A stretch of DNA of 64,000 nucleotides, from the NCBI RefSeq assembly GCF_018977255.1, contig NW_024704743.1, forward strand, positions 20,648,001-20,712,000, read 5' to 3'. Shown piece by piece: positions 61,801 through 64,000 of the stretch. Origin of the DNA: Callorhinchus milii. Its lineage: Eukaryota. The position numbers were made by a program, and so were the translations under genes. Positions within the stretch are counted from its first letter, which is position 1; the number at the start of each line of letters is the position of its first letter. Under the pieces are notes generated by a model. That model saw only the letters and a list, made by a program, of their open reading frames with translations. It did no database searches and was not told the origin of the DNA.

Positions 61801-63521
61801 GGAGACATGGATTAATGGGGTCTCTGGGATCCATAAAATCCAAACCAACGTTACAGTGAGGCGCAATGGTAGGAATTAACTGTGCCTGCCTGCAACCGGC
61901 TGGCACGACCCAGTTCTGTACTGAAGAAAAAAATTGCTAACATTTAGGTCTTTGGCCACAAACATTACTTTCACTTTGCTACACGTGCATAAAGCAGGAA
62001 GTGATACTGACAGTGATCCTAATGACTCAACAGTTGGCAATTTTAAACTGAAAATGTGTCATGTGTGCATTCAAACTTCATCGAATAGAGCTTTAGTTTT
62101 ATGCTTCAGCTCTGCATATTAATAATAATAATAATAATAATCCTTGCATTTGATATAGCGCTTTTCACGTCGGGAGGACGTCCCAAAGCGCTTCACAGAA
62201 CACACTGTAAAGTGAATTGACTGTATATTTGTGGGCGAACGCGGCAGCCAATTGCGCACAGCAATGTCCCACAAACAGTCGTAGATTGAAAATGACCAAT
62301 TTAATTATTGTTTTTTTTTTTGGAGGGATTATTATTAGGCGTGTGGAGTAAGCTCAGCCAATATTGATAAGCACCTTGGGACACCCTCTGGGACGTCCTC
62401 CGGACGTGAAAGGCACTAGACAAATGTAATTTATTGTTGTTGTTGTCCTGATATTGAATCCTGTAGCTTAGTGGTCATAGCACTCTCCTCGCAAGCGTGA
62501 AGAGCTGGGTTCACTTTCCGGCAGGTTGAAACTTTGGGCAAGTTTCCTCACTCCACACGCCTCTGTTTACCTAGCAGTAAGTAGGAACCTGGTTCTTAGT
62601 CGATTGGCAGATTGCTTTTCCAGGGGTAATAATTCCTTCAAAAATATAATAATAATAAATTGGTCACTTCAATCCACGATTAATTCACTGCCACATTTCG
62701 CCCACAAAAATATACAATCAATTCACTTTACGATATATTCTGTGAAGCTCTTTGAGATGTCTCAAAGTCGGAATAAGGCGCTATATCAAATGCAAGATTA
62801 TTATTATTATTAATCAATGGCAAACATGAGTTCATCTGACGTCATCTAACCTAAAATGAGCCGAAGACTGCATTTAAGCATGTGACTCGGAAAAAATAAG
62901 GCCTTTACAGAACTTAAAAGAGAGTTAATATTAGTGATCATGGTTTGGTGAAACCAAGAAATAACCTACAGATTTACAACGTCATCTGTAAGACTTTTGG
63001 CAAAAAATCCTATCCTTACTGTACGTTTTAATGCAAGTGATTGTTTGGTTCAAGAAAGATTTCCCCATGGAGAAGAAAGTACATTAACAACAATCAGGTT
63101 GAACTGAAGAAAGTAAAATGTAACTCATAAGAACAATTGGTGCATGTGGCTTTCAGATGTAATTTGTTTACTCTGCCAACTATTTCTAGATATCCCCAGG
63201 GGCCATGTAAAATATTGAATATGAGGCAACTGTTGGATGGAGCCAAATAATAATAATAATAATAATAATAATAATCCTTGCATTTGATATAGCGCTTTTC
63301 ACGTCAGGAGGACGTCCCAAAGCGCTTCACAGAACACACTGTAAAGTGAATTGACTGTATATTTGTGGGCGAACGCGGCAGCCAATTGCGCACAGCAATG
63401 TCCCACAAACAGTCGTAGATTGAAAATGACCAATTTAATTATTGTTTTTTTTTTGGAGGGATTATTATTAGGCGTGTGGAGTAAGGAAACTTGCCCAAGG
63501 TTTCGCCCTGCCTGGAATTGA
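58881..63521 (-). repeat. large inverted duplication, right arm (about 4.64 kb), cut off by an N gap
   Basis: Begins AAATTAGTCACTCACTCCATGGCCG, the reverse complement of 56782-56806; ends inside a SINE at the gap. Confidence 0.97.
63246..63521 (-). mobile_element. young tRNA-SINE (mirror of 52045-52379)
   Basis: Family body and tail; same tail-to-flank junction TTATTTGGCTCCATCC. Confidence 0.92.
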
Positions 63522-63546
63522 NNNNNNNNNNNNNNNNNNNNNNNNN
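63522..63546. other. assembly gap (25 N)
   Basis: Run of N. Confidence 1.
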
Positions 63547-63915
63547 CTTCAAAGCCCTCCACGGTCTTGCTCCCCCCTACCTCTGCAACCTCCTAACTCC
63601 CTACTATCCTGTTCACTCCCTCCGCTCAGTGGGCTCCGGCCTGCTTCACATCCCCTGCCTCGCTTGCCCCACTCTGCCCCCCACCCTCTGGAGCTCCATC
63701 TCGCAGCTTCTCCAACTCACCCCTCCTTTGCCACCTTCAAGACCCATCTCAAGACCTTCCTCTTCGACCGTGCTTTTGATCTCCCTGCTTCCCCCCTGCC
63801 CTCCACCCTCCCCACCCCGACCTCCAGCTCGGATCCGTAACTTTGTCTGTCCAGCACCTTGGGACGTCCTCCCGACTTGAAAGGCACTTTACAAATGTAA
63901 TTTTGTTGTTGTTGT
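63547..63915 (+). mobile_element. L2 3' end
   Basis: 'FKALHGLAPPYLCNLLTPY'; GGACGTCCTCCCGACTTGAAAGGC..(GTT)n. Confidence 0.92.
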
Positions 63916-64000
63916 TAGCCTCAAGACCACTGTCTTAACATTTAAGATGATACCAAATTTTGGAAAACTCTTAAATTTAGTCTTAATTAGAAAACCCGTT

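Overview
This is AT-rich, CpG-depleted eukaryotic (vertebrate) non-coding DNA, either intronic or intergenic, and dense in transposon relics. The repeat mix points to a cartilaginous fish, probably a holocephalan such as Callorhinchus; this is inferred from repeat content only. The mix comprises tRNA-derived SINEs with L2-type 3' tails, Deu-domain SINEs, LF-SINE-like relics, L2 and CR1 LINE fragments, and fold-back Penelope-like elements. I found no intact protein-coding gene. Every recognisable ORF is a broken LINE reverse-transcriptase fragment or a chance ORF inside a SINE. The main structural feature is a near-identical inverted duplication of about 4.7 kb (52100-56806 versus 58881-63521) around a 2074-bp spacer. 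It ends at a 25-N gap, so it is either a recent inverted duplication or an assembly artefact. The spacer holds a complete non-autonomous hAT-type element with perfect 20-bp TIRs and an 8-bp TSD. Other points of note: a second hAT/Charlie-type MITE with an 8-bp TSD; palindromic Penelope-like elements, one carrying a minimal hammerhead-ribozyme core; an unclassified ~0.9-kb repeat family with a decayed ORF; two SINE length variants whose 3' tails track different L2 ends; and a decayed tRNA-Gly(GCC) copy. I see no convincing evidence of a new biological system. Boundaries of degraded repeats are approximate (about 10-30 bp). No searches were run.
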